Shown here: positions 12,261-22,699 of the stretch, piece by piece
Layout of the letters: each line of letters starts with the position of its first letter
Numbering within the stretch: position 1 is the stretch's first letter
Origin: Raillietiella orientalis
Lineage: Eukaryota
NCBI GenBank assembly: GCA_036172245.1
Contig: JAYWIR010000013.1
Location: 2,108,001-2,172,000 of the forward strand
Reading direction: 5' to 3'
Length of the DNA: 64,000 nucleotides
Made by a program: the position numbers and the translations under genes
Notes under the pieces: generated by a model
The model's input: the letters and a program-made list of their open reading frames with translations, nothing else
Told to the model about the DNA's origin: nothing
Database searches by the model: none

Positions 12261-12801
12261 CTTTTTACACAATTTCTGTACTTAAACCAGATGTGCTTTC
12301 TTTTGAATTAGCCTCCTAAATCTCTCCCTTTGCGAACCGCTCAAAAATGTATCCCTCCTTTAAAAATCTGTCAGTTATCAACTAATTCAATGGATACCCA
12401 ACCTTTGTTAGATTCAACAGATTGCTGACAGTGGATGCTGCATTCAATAACGTTCGAAAACAGCAGCGTACTGTCGCCCATATCATAGTAGAGCGTTGTG
12501 AAAGAGTAGGGAAAGTTTCACAGTTTCACACAGGTGCTCTGGCAACCCTTGCGAGACGCGCCGCGCGTGGCGACAGACTAAGCGAACAGAAATGGAAGTG
12601 ACCGTGGTGCCAAATACCAGGAAATGGATGAGCAGATGGTTCCTTGTCGTCATCTCTGCGGAAAATCTCCGTCGGCCTTTCTCTGTCAACAAAACATAGA
12701 TTTCGTGCAAAACGCATTTACTTTAGTCGGAGAAAATGCATTTCGTTCGAATGTTTTCCCTTTACTTATACTAAAAGGTGGCAAGTAACAAATGATACTA
12801 T

Positions 12802-14002
12802 TTGTCACCCGGGTGCGCCGGGGCGTTTATTACAAACTGTCCGGGAACAGAGTTCCCGGACAAAGGGGAAAACAAGAGACGAAGGGGGTGGGATCCCCGA
12901 CACGCAGGTCGGTATGCTGAAAGTCCGGAACGGGAGGGAGGTGACCACAAATACACTACTATAAAAAATAAAAATAAAAATTTGGAGGGCAGGGGACAGG
13001 GGTCTTTGGTGAGTCCGTTCCTTCCTTTCAAAGCCGGCGATGGATGCCGGCGATCTCTCTCCTTACGTCCTGTGGCAGATGGGCCCACTCGGCAGCCGAC
13101 GACATGCTTGCGCTGGCTAATCCAGTGGGCTGACGAAGGATGGCCAGCTTCTCCAACTCTCGGTGGGCCTTGTCGATGGCGCGGGTGCAACACACGGTTG
13201 CAACGACAGCACCTAAAGACAGGCCGCCTGGCGTGAAGAAGCGGCGCATCAAGTCTGTTGCGGTGTCCCCCTGGTGCAGGAGAGCTGAGGCCAGCCTCCG
13301 CCACAGTCCTAGAAGGGCACCGCAGTCTAGGAGCAGGTTAGCGAGCGTTTCCACTTCCTCGCACCGCTTACAGTTCGGGGAGGCAACTCCCCCGGAAACA
13401 AGGTTCGTCCGCTGGTTGGAGTGAAAACCCAAATGCACCAGCATGATCACGTCCTGCTTCCACGAAAGGGGGAACACAGAAGTGTTCAAACAGGAGGGAG
13501 GGACCACAAGTTCTTCGGGGGGCACACTCAAGTGTTCACTCCACCGAAGGAGTCCCTTCGAGATGTGGCGAGGCGTGGCGGCGTCTGCCAGCTCGCAAGT
13601 CCTCCAGCCGCCAATAGGTCGTGTTGTTCCTGCGATGGTGCGGGCGACCTCCCATCTCGCCGGTTCGCAGCTGTCATCTCTTGCCCTGAGGGCTGACAGT
13701 CCGTCGGCGAGGGGGGTGAGGGCCAGGCCGGTCCACTTCTCCTGGCTGCTGCAGACCTCATCCACCGTGCAGTACGGGGAGAGGTGAACGCAACGGAGTT
13801 CCAGGAGGGAAACATCCTGGTGCTTTGCCCAGCCATACAACGGTTCCTGCCGCCAGGCTTGAAAGTTCGTTGGGCGGCAGGAGATCCATTCCTGGGCTGC
13901 CAGGAGCCGGTAGAGGGGTTTCAAGGGGAAACCGAAACTTGTCGTGGGGTGCTCCGTGTGCGGACGCAGCGACAGAAGGGAACAAAGGATATCCATTGCG
14001 GG
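12802..14002 (-). mobile_element. 5'-truncated Tx1/L1-like non-LTR retrotransposon copy with a perfect 15-bp TSD
   Basis: Direct repeat AACAAATGATACTAT at 12787-12801 and 14003-14017. ORF 13028-13996 encodes an ORF2 C-terminus with a zf-RVT-like motif CKRCEEVETLANLLLDC..LWRRL. The 3' UTR has a hairpin and AATAAA. Homologous to the copies at 18.4-19.4, 35.5-36.6 and 40.6-41.1 kb. Confidence 0.85.
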
Positions 14003-14049
14003 AACAAATGATACTATCGTGCAGGTGCCAACAACTTTGCTGCTAGTTG

Positions 14050-15540
14050 TTGGGGCGGGGAAGGCGGAAGGATATCATTGATTTTGTTTTTGTTTTTAAT
14101 CAAAAAATCAAATTGGCAAAGTTTTTGTGATCCAAAAGGGAAGAAATACTTATGGCGCTAAAGTTTGAACAGTGCAAGAGATAGCATGAATGGGAAAAGC
14201 TTTCGATTTGCCCGAGGATATTTTGTAGATGGATGTTCCTGCAAGCAATGCAAGGGCGTGCGAATAGCTGGCCAGTAAAGTTTTGAGGATCATACTGAAT
14301 TCTGTTTGTGCTATGCGGAGGGATAATTCAAAGATTGTCCGAGAGTTATGAATAGTGACCTTAAAAGAACAGAAGACACTCTGTACGCCATGTGCTTAAC
14401 CCTTTGAGTGCTATGGACGCATGTATGCGTCTGAAGAAAAGTATCGGCGTGGACTGTGGACTCATATGTGCGTCTGGCAAATGTTTTTACCTTGTACATA
14501 CGCGACATAAGTTAACACTATCCATGTTTGAGGTGGACACATACACTTACGTTCTTACAATTCCCTTAGCAACGACATGAAACAAAATCTATTTACATCG
14601 GCTAACGATTCTCGGGTTTTCAGAGAGTCACCTCTCTGAAAAACCGAGAATGAAAATATTTTACTTAATATAGTGTAAATAAACAATTACAATAGTAACT
14701 TTAATCAGCACTTTATGTAGTCAGTCGGGTGGCGCCTCTGATAGAGCACGCGGTACGCGCAAAAGCGTTCCGTGCAGCTGCGACTCGCGTGCCGTCAACG
14801 CGGAACGTCAAAATCTGATGAACTCCGCACCCAAAGGGTTAATATAGTTATTTGCAGCTCAGGAAAATATGATCCTTTATAAGCAAGGCCGCTCCGTTCC
14901 AAGCCGAGTCCTTCGGTCACCTCACATACGTCGCCCCTTTCTGGAATATCCTGAGTCTCAGTTGTCCTGAGCATTCCAGGCGACTCCCACTTGGGAGAGC
15001 ACTCCTTAAAAGGATCTTATAGGCTTCTGTGGTAATTCTTCACGCGCGCACATGTGCAAGTGCAACTGTTCCTAATCTTCATTGGACTTCCTGGACAGTT
15101 CTGAAATTGTCTGCTTTGGATGACGGAAGACATAAACACTGAGAGCTTTTTTCTTTTTAATGGCTTGTACTTCCATTTTATTGTCATCATGACTGGATTC
15201 TCATCCAGCCACGGTGGCAGTTACATACATGATCCAGTTATCCCTATCTGGTCGCTCACTTCGAACTCATAGTAAAGAAAAATCCAGGAACGTAGTTTTG
15301 GGGGGAATCTTATCGACCGTGAATAGAATTCGTTAACTTTCGATCCATTGCGGGAACTGCAGCGACCTCTTTGCTGGCATCCTAATACCCGATGCGATTA
15401 TTTCTGGGAGGCATAAAATAAATGCTTTTATCATCGTCAGTTCTTTTCATTGCACCTCGACGATCACCGTCGTCTGGCGACAATTCCTTGGTAGCTGGAA
15501 TTAAAGTCAAGCTACGCAGATGACAGAGAAGAAAACGAGT
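14050..15540 (-). mobile_element. Old, AT-richer non-LTR relic interrupted by a MITE
   Basis: Weak motif remnants: IILCLPEI (APE LQET region, about 15400) and LSLRIA..MILKTLLAS (RT thumb LS..GR..LIKSLL region, about 14300). Heavily degraded. Confidence 0.35.
14400..14838. mobile_element. Non-autonomous piggyBac-type MITE, copy 1 (439 bp)
   Basis: TTAA at 14396-14399 and 14839-14842. TIRs CCCTTTGAGTGC / GCACCCAAAGGG. No coding capacity. Second copy at 32173-32656. Confidence 0.87.
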
Positions 15541-15589
15541 GCCTTTCAGATCATTTTCTTTTTATACAGAAAGCCTCTGCACCCCAAGG

Positions 15590-16330
15590 ATCTCTTACAA
15601 TTGGTAAATTGAATAAAAATCTCTATGATCCGACAGCTTCGGAGTTGTAGAACGAGCTTCTGCATTCTATAACTTGCGATTGAAGGATAAGCCTTTTCTC
15701 ATCCTTGGCTGAATGGGAAGGACTTGGCTCCCACATTAAAAGCGCGGCAGAAGGTGACCGCACTGGTCGAAAAGCACCCTCTGCAGCACCCTCTCATGGC
15801 ACAGAATGGAGCCATTGTGCAAAAGGAAGATGTGGTAGTGACCACCTGCACCAGCGGCAGTGCCGCCACAAGCGAAATCGATCTCGTCTATTCACGTCAG
15901 CCGAACTTGTTCTCAAGAGATGAGCCGAAAACGGAAGATGGGAACCAAAGAGCTGAGAGGAAGCCAGTAGCCCCCACTATCGTCTCAGCCTTTCCCCATG
16001 CCCAGTAGGTGTTTTCCCGATAGGGTTGTGTGCAATGGGCAGGCACGATGGGGAAAGAAGGCTGCTCGAGTGCCCTCGATGGCTTCCACTCTGGGAGCAT
16101 CCGTTCACTTCCCATTTCGCTTGAGCGCCGCTACCTCACGCAGATGGGGTCCCTCCCTTCCCCCAAGCATCTTCGAGGGATTCTCGTGCTCTTGGAGGAA
16201 TCGGTCCATTCCAGCTTCCTCCTTCCTTCCTTCGCCTCCATTGGTCTGGATTCGATCTCGATGGTTTTCTCGATTTCTTAGTGAAGTCTTCCTCCTAGTG
16301 CATCGGATCTTCAGATCGGCAGCAAATGGG
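15590..16330 (+). mobile_element. Internally deleted Tx1/L1-like relic (APE endonuclease remnants joined to the family's C-terminus)
   Basis: NLYDPT (NIYAP), DKPFLILG (..GDFN) and TTCTSGSAATSEIDLVY (T..SRID) appear in APE order. They are followed by SAATSRRW../HLRGILVLL, resembling the C-terminal W.HL..R.E.AGI motif of the other copies. Confidence 0.5.
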
Positions 16331-16399
16331 AGTCCCCCCCCCCCCTTTCTGGCTAAATTCGAAATTTCGGATTTCCTCTTGTCTTCCATTCACGCTCCG

Positions 16400-17330
16400 T
16401 GCTTATTTTGAGAACGGAGTTCGTTTCTGGATGCTTTTCCTCCGCTTTGTCCCCCCCCTCCTTCCTTTCGTCCGCTCTCAAAATATGCAGCAGCGCGGCG
16501 CATTTTTAGAGGAAGAAGACAACTCTGCGCCGTTCCAGGACTGCGCCGGAACCGACGGTGTTCGCGTGGCGCCTCTGCCCTGACTGCTCGCCCGATGCAC
16601 TCAGGTGCACCGCCGCAACGGCGGGTAGAATTTCCCTCCTCTGCTGCGAGTCTTCCCTGGAGAGCACGCTCGCCGGGTTGCCGGCCTCGCTCGCTCGCGG
16701 CCAAGTGGCACATCTCCGGGGGACAACTTGCTCGCATAACCGCCGCGGATGATCCTCCACGTGCTCTCCGCCGAGTGAATAAAGCATGCGCTCTCATGCC
16801 AAGAGCACTCTAGGGGTGACGCGCGCGGGGCAGAGAAACTTCCATGTCCTCGCCCGGGGACGAAAAGAGCGCCGTTTCGCCGCTGACCCCGCTCCCAAGA
16901 CACCGCACCGCCTCCCCCTCCAGCAGGCAGGTAGGCTTCCGCGTCTTCGCGACGGTGCCTCGCCGGAACATCTCGAGAGCAGACAAACCACGCGGCCTGT
17001 CCAACCCTCTTCACATGTTCCCTTCTTCCGCTTCGAGTGCTATTCCCACTCCGCCGTCCCCGAGGACGCCGGAATTCTCCCGGGGACGCTAAAGGGACGG
17101 CCTCTTCAACCGTTCGAAGCGCCCGGCTTCTCGATGGCTCTGTCTCGACATACTGCTCCGCGCGCCACCAGCAGGTGAATTGCTGATGGCGCGGGGAGCA
17201 TCGAATTTAGATAGGGCGTGTCCGCATTCCCGAGCGCCTCCCAAACCCACGTCTTTCGTCAGTGAAGGCATCCCGGACCCAGCGGTCCCTGAGATGACTC
17301 GTGCCAATGGTGGTGACGTCTCGACGAATA
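16400..17330 (-). mobile_element. Degraded non-LTR (APE-region) relic
   Basis: GGVGIAL, KPTCLLEGE and EDH remnants in APE order, frameshifted. Confidence 0.3.
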
Positions 17331-17479
17331 TTTATAGAACGGATCGGTTGCGGATACTCTTCGGAAGGGAGAGGGGTGTCACCTGTGGCGCCACGTTTAT
17401 TTTTAAGAGCCGCAGAGCGGAAGAGTTGCCGCGCTCCCCCTCCCCTCCTAGGAATCTGTCGCTCCTCTTCTTGAAGCCC

Positions 17480-18380
17480 GGATGACGGTGGTGCTGCGCG
17501 TACGCGAGAAACCGCTGCCGTTCCGAATGCCTCGCCGCTCGCGAGCGGGGCCGGCTGCTGGAGGGAGGGGGGGCAGCTGCAGGACCTCCGCGGCTCGAGG
17601 AACAGCCAGCAGCAGCAGCGACCTCTACGGGCGGTTCCGCTTCTGGCGGCGGACGGTGTCACGTGAGCTCCGAGACCGCGGGGCGGGATCAGAAGTCGGC
17701 AGAACGGGGGGGTAGAGGATCGGTGAGAGCGACTCCGCAGCGAGGAAGTCGCGCCGGAGGGCTCACCAGGCAAGCGGAGGCCACCGCCAAGCCTTGTGCC
17801 AAGCGCGAGCGAGGCGAAGGCCGCTCGACGTTCGCCCCCCACCTCACTCGGAGAGTAGCCGAAGCTCCACGGGTACCTCCCTCGTCTCGAACGGGCCTTG
17901 CAGGGTTCCGAGAAGAGCCCGGATCTGCCTCCTCCTCGGGCCTCCTGCACCATCGGGATCCTCGGTCTCGGCAGGAGCTTCGCTTCGTTCACGAGCCACC
18001 ACCAGACAGGCCACCCCGAGCTGCGGGCGTTTCCGTCGACTCCTCGGACAGCTCCCGTGCTCGCGACGTGCTCCCCACGGAGATCGCAAGATCCGCAGCT
18101 TCCGCCACCACCCTCCTCCGTGACGTCACCTTCAGTGCGTCCAAACCGAGAAACTCCGAGAACTCGCTTGCAGAAACCCTGCTTCCGCGCGGAAACCGGT
18201 CGAGAGTTGGCCGCATGTTGGGCAGCCGGGCAGCGGCTGCCTACCTTTGCGTATGCGCAGGCAGAAGGAAGGAGGGGAGGAGGAAGGGAGAAGGCTCTCA
18301 CGGGACTCCCCGAGACCTCGGTCGCTCCCGAAGAGCCAAAACATGAGGAGGAGAAGGCGGGCGGGAGATCTCAAAGAGCC
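17480..18380 (+). mobile_element. Degraded ORF1 (gag-like) relic of the same family
   Basis: PCFRAETGRELAACW..QRLPTFAYAQA resembles a decayed CCHC knuckle. A similar segment (..GRPISCVPTYVYADA) recurs on the minus strand at about 42800. Confidence 0.35.
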
Positions 18381-18391
18381 GGATTAAAGCT

Positions 18392-20300
18392 TTCCATCCA
18401 GGTCACTCCCGGGAGGGAAATCTTCGTAAAAAATTGACTAGCCGGGAACACGCCGGTTCCCGGCTGAAGACAAAACAAGTCCGAGGGGGGAGAAGAGGTC
18501 CGCTGACACACAGGTCGGGACATCCCAGAACGGGAGGGAAGGGGCAGGGAAGGGCTTTTGGTATCCACTTAGTGTGCACCGGAATGAATATGCAAACGAC
18601 CGGGAAAGTCCGAAGCGGAAAGGAGTGGGAAGCGAGGAAAATAAAATAAAATAAAAAAGAATAAAGGAAGGATGGGGTCAAGGGTCACCGGAGTCAAGTG
18701 CCGGCGATCTCCGCCTTCACTTCTTCTACGGGGCGAGGTCACCTTGCCGCCGCCCTCGTATGGGCGGATGCCATCACGGTGACCTCCTTCCGCTGTGTGG
18801 TCGTCTCGATCGAATGGCAGGCCGAGACGATGAAGCGGACGCGGCCCACCGTTGCCGATGCCAGCCTGCGCCACACGGTTCCTGGAGGGCGCCGCAGTCC
18901 AAGAGCAGGTGAGAAGATGACCCCCACCGACGCGCACCTGGCGCAACATCTCTGAGACTCTGTAGGCCCTTCCTGGAGACGAGACGAGGGTGCAGGCGCT
19001 GGCTGTACCGGGATCTCCGGTGCAGAGACTGCAGAACCGCCTGCCTCTAGGTCACAGGGAACGCGGGAGTGTTCGAACACACGGGAGGGATCACGGGTTC
19101 GCCGGGGCCGACGCTTGGAATTTCGGACCACAGAAGGAGTCCCGCCGCCTGGATACACAGAGTGGCAGCGTCCGCCAGCTCGCGCATCTTCCAGCCGCCC
19201 GGAAGTTCCGTCTTTCCAGCGGCAGTGCAAGGCAAGTCCCACCTCGCCGTTTGGCAGCTGTCGCCGCTTGCCCTCAGGGCAGACGACTCTGCGGCAAGGA
19301 CTTTGGCAGCCAGGGTGGACCATTTCGTCGAGTCCTGCATCTTCGCTCCCAAGGGATGGCTGAGGAAGTGGCTCAGGGAGCGAAGTTCCTCCTGGCGCAG
19401 GACCCGGGGCCGGGATGCGCAGACCGGGACGCTACCGCCTCCTGCTGACAGTCATGCGAGTTCAGAGGGCGGCAGGAGAAGGGATGGAAGCTCGTCGCCG
19501 TCCGCGTCGCTGCTCGCGAGGAGCTATGGCAGTCGGTGGGCCGAACGCAGCTCTTCCGGCTCCGGAATCGGATCCCCATAGGGACAGCGGGGATGAGAAT
19601 GGGAGCGGAAGCCGGGAGGCTGTGACTGCAGCGGCAGATCCTCTCTCTACGTGGACCACCGCCCGATGCATGCCCTTGGGGACGAAAGAACGAGGTGGTG
19701 CGCCTCCCTTCGCCTAGGAACGGCCTCAGCAAACTGCAGGTGGGGAAGGTCGACCGAGCGGTCGCTCTCGGTCGACAACAGGGGTGGGAGACTGCCTGCC
19801 TCTTGGGGTCGCACCCCAGGTTGGCACCCGGGGGCACGCAGGAAGAAAGCAAAGTGGAATGGAAGCTGCACTGGCAGCAGGTCATTGGGGGGCAGAGGCG
19901 TTAGCGCTTGCCAGCTTCCGCATCTTCTCGGCCGTCTCGACTCGCTCTCCCTCCTCCTCCTCCTGATCGCCACCACCACTAGCACCACTACTACCGTCGT
20001 CACCGCCATCCTCCGCCCTTGCTTCCATGGAGGCCGCTCGCCTCCGCATTCCTTCCTCTCTTCCTCCAGTTCCAGTGCCCTTTCCGAGGTCGAGGACTCC
20101 CACGCGCGGGTGCTGCCTCCGCGTAGGAATCGCCGTCCAGACCCAGGAACGCGGTTGCCGCGGTGACCGCGGGGATGTGGTCTCGCTCCCATGACGAACA
20201 CGGGCCATGGGGCAGGTAGGGGTGAGAAGGGGGAGGCGCAACCGCTCTCTCGGAGTCTCTTCCTCCTCCCCTCCCCCCTTGTAGTCACAGTCGCAGGACT
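18392..20300 (-). mobile_element. Tx1/L1-like relic, RT thumb plus C-terminus and 3' UTR (frameshifted)
   Basis: KWSTLAAKVLAAESSALRASGDSCQTARW..GGWKMRELADAAT..GLLLWSE..VIPPVCSNTPAFPVT and HLLLDCGAL align closely with ORF 13028-13996. It has the same 3' hairpin (18440-18465). The 5' boundary is approximate. Confidence 0.75.
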
Positions 20301-20375
20301 GAGCCGCTCTCGGTAGCGGTTCAGGCGGATCGATCCCCCCTCCCTTCTTGTCTTTTTTTTCCTTTTCGTTTCCTG

Positions 20376-20381
20376 TTTATT
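20376..20381 (-). promoter_or_regulatory. Candidate polyadenylation signal of the PLD6-like gene
   Basis: AATAAA on the minus strand about 52 nt after the stop codon, followed by an A-rich tract (20345-20371). Confidence 0.5.
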
Positions 20382-20432
20382 CCAAACGAGGGTGCAGTCC
20401 GCTTTCGCCTCCTGGAGAGCGACTTCGCGCGG

Positions 20433-21425
20433 TCACATGTAGCAGCGTGCGGCGGCGTCGGCGGCGGCGGTGTCTCCGCAGGTGACCACCTTCTCGGTCA
20501 GCTGGCAGGCGACCTCATTGCGCAGCCGGACGAACTCCTTGTAGTAGGGCAGCACGATGACGGGGTTGTTGGTGATGAGGAGGTTCTCGTGGTTGCCTTG
20601 GAGGCCCTGCACGGACCAGTTGAAGGAGCCGTTGACCAGCACGGTCCTGTCCACGACCACGAATTTGTGGTGCATCAGGAAAGGCGAGATCTTGGGGAAA
20701 ATCTGCACCCCTGCCGCCTTCAGCTTGTCCACTTCCTCCTTGGAGACGCTGCACCCGAACTCCTGGTCCATGATCAGCCTCACCGCCACCCCGCGCATCT
20801 GCGCCTCGACGAGCAGGCAGGTGAGGTCCGGGTGGGAGATCATGAAGAGGCAGCCGTCGATCGACTCCTTCGCCTCGGAGATGCAGGTGCTGATCAACTT
20901 GTGCCCCGGGTTGATGGGCCCGCGGGGGCCCTGGACGTCCGAGGGCAGGAACACGATGTGGTGGTAGACGCTGGCCCTGGCCCGGCGGACGCAGGAGAAC
21001 GGCAGGCAGGCGATCGACTTGCACAGGGAACAGCACCTGCCGAGCATCCTCTTCACCCTCCGCGAGCCCTTCCGGACCGGCGCCCAGCTCTTCAGGCGTA
21101 CCGCCAGGTCGTAGAGGCAGAAATGGTACAGGAACTGGAAGATCAGGAAGAACAGGATGGTGAGCACGACCACCTGCCTCCAGGACGAGTCCTTGGCGAA
21201 GAGCCAGTTCCACAGGTTGTTGAACCGCAGCACCAGCGGGAGGAGGAGCTTGCGGAAGAACTCCGAGATGATGCCCAGTCTCGTCGTAGGGCCCTTTGCC
21301 TCGGCGAGAGCCCCCGCCTTCGCCCGGTCGGGCTCATCGGCTTTGCTCGCCTTGCCCTTGTCGGCGCCGGGCTTGCCCTTCTTCTCCGGGGCCTTCTTGC
21401 CCTTGTCTAACTTCTTCGGCGCCAT
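20433..21425 (-). CDS. PLD6: PLD6/Zucchini/MitoPLD-family single-HKD phospholipase D/nuclease, intronless, 330 aa
   Basis: One complete HKD signature LMHHKFVVVD..LVNGSFNWS..G..GNHEN, upstream AKESIDGCLF..L..A..RGVAVRLIMD, and an N-terminal TM helix (VVVLTILFFLIFQFLYHF). Uninterrupted ORF with strong G/C third-position bias. Confidence 0.92.
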   Translation of the reverse strand: MAPKKLDKGKKAPEKKGKPGADKGKASKADEPDRAKAGALAEAKGPTTRLGIISEFFRKLLLPLVLRFNNLWNWLFAKDSSWRQVVVLTILFFLIFQFLYHFCLYDLAVRLKSWAPVRKGSRRVKRMLGRCCSLCKSIACLPFSCVRRARASVYHHIVFLPSDVQGPRGPINPGHKLISTCISEAKESIDGCLFMISHPDLTCLLVEAQMRGVAVRLIMDQEFGCSVSKEEVDKLKAAGVQIFPKISPFLMHHKFVVVDRTVLVNGSFNWSVQGLQGNHENLLITNNPVIVLPYYKEFVRLRNEVACQLTEKVVTCGDTAAADAAARCYM

Positions 21426-22699
21426 CCGAACGCGAGAGACACCGGTGAGGGACGCTCGGGTCCAGAGACGACGACCATCGGAATTTCGAAGCGCTGCCGA
21501 GTCGCGTCCAGCACGGCTCGAATCTTTGTCTTCTCTTCGTTTCGCCTGCGCGCCCGCGCCGTGTGCGTGGGCGTTTCCTCTTTCCTTCTTCTTTTCTTCT
21601 TGTTTTTCGTTTTCTTAGCAACGAATTTTCGAGCTGAGGATCGCGGCGTTAGGAATGTGGTGATGGGTTCGGATCGAGGAGCGGAGACGGGAAGGGGAAA
21701 GGGGCGAGAGAGACGCCGCCACGCGTCCACGCCTCCGATCTCCACGACCCACACCCCGTCCCGGATCAGGATCGGAAAGGCCCCCTCCCCCGCGGATCCC
21801 TGTGAGTTAGCACCGCGCGCCCTGCCGGCAGTCACTTTCCGAGGCGAGCTAAAAATAAACCCGCGCGCTGCCTCTTCCGTCGTCGGGTCGCCTCGAGACG
21901 TTCGGACAGGGGGGGGGGGGGTTGGCGTGGCGTCACACAAACGCGCGCGAGTCTAAATTTAGCCGCCTCTGCGCTCGGCCGCCTTCATCCCCGACTTCCC
22001 TCCCCCCTCTTGGCCCCTCTTGGGATCACGAGAGCGAGGGCGCCTGCATCACCCGCATCCGGCCCAGGACGGCTTCGATGACGCGGATTTTCGAGAGCGA
22101 TCCCGCCGCGAGTCGAGCGAGCTGCGCTCGCCTCCGTGAATAAACCGACCCTTTCCAGGTATCGGGGAGGGTGCGAACGACCCAACCCTCCCCCGACCCG
22201 CCAGAGAGGGGAGAGTCGACCGCTGCCTAAAAATGAAGGGAAGCACCGCTGCACCTCCCTCCCCCCCGCTCTTCCTACGACCAGCTCGAACGATGATCCC
22301 GCGTCAAAGAGTTTTGGCATCCTGAGGGAGACGGAGGGGAACGTCGCGGAGTCTCCAGGTGCTTTCGCGCGCGCAGTCTCCGAAGCACGGGCTCGCGTCC
22401 TTGGAGACAACGTGGTTCATCAGCTTGGTTTGACGAGCACTTTGTGATGACTTGGTCGTTTTCGACATGCGGCACACCGCGTTCATGCTAAACGCCACGC
22501 AGACCTCCACGCTAGAGAACGCGGTCATCATCATGCACTCTCGTGCCACACCACAGCCACCCGGGCCGCTTTGCATTTCGTTGTTGGAACGCTCCCCCCC
22601 CCCCACCACCCCTACTGTCACGCATTCGCTCTGGTGACGCTTGCGTGGAGGCAGTTATTTCTCCTCACCGCCCTACGCCTTGAAGTCCACCACCGCAGG

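Noticed and set aside
20515..21410. Overlapping 232-aa (-) and 273-aa (+) ORFs over PLD6
   Set aside because: These are expected shadow frames of a gene with extreme GC3 bias.
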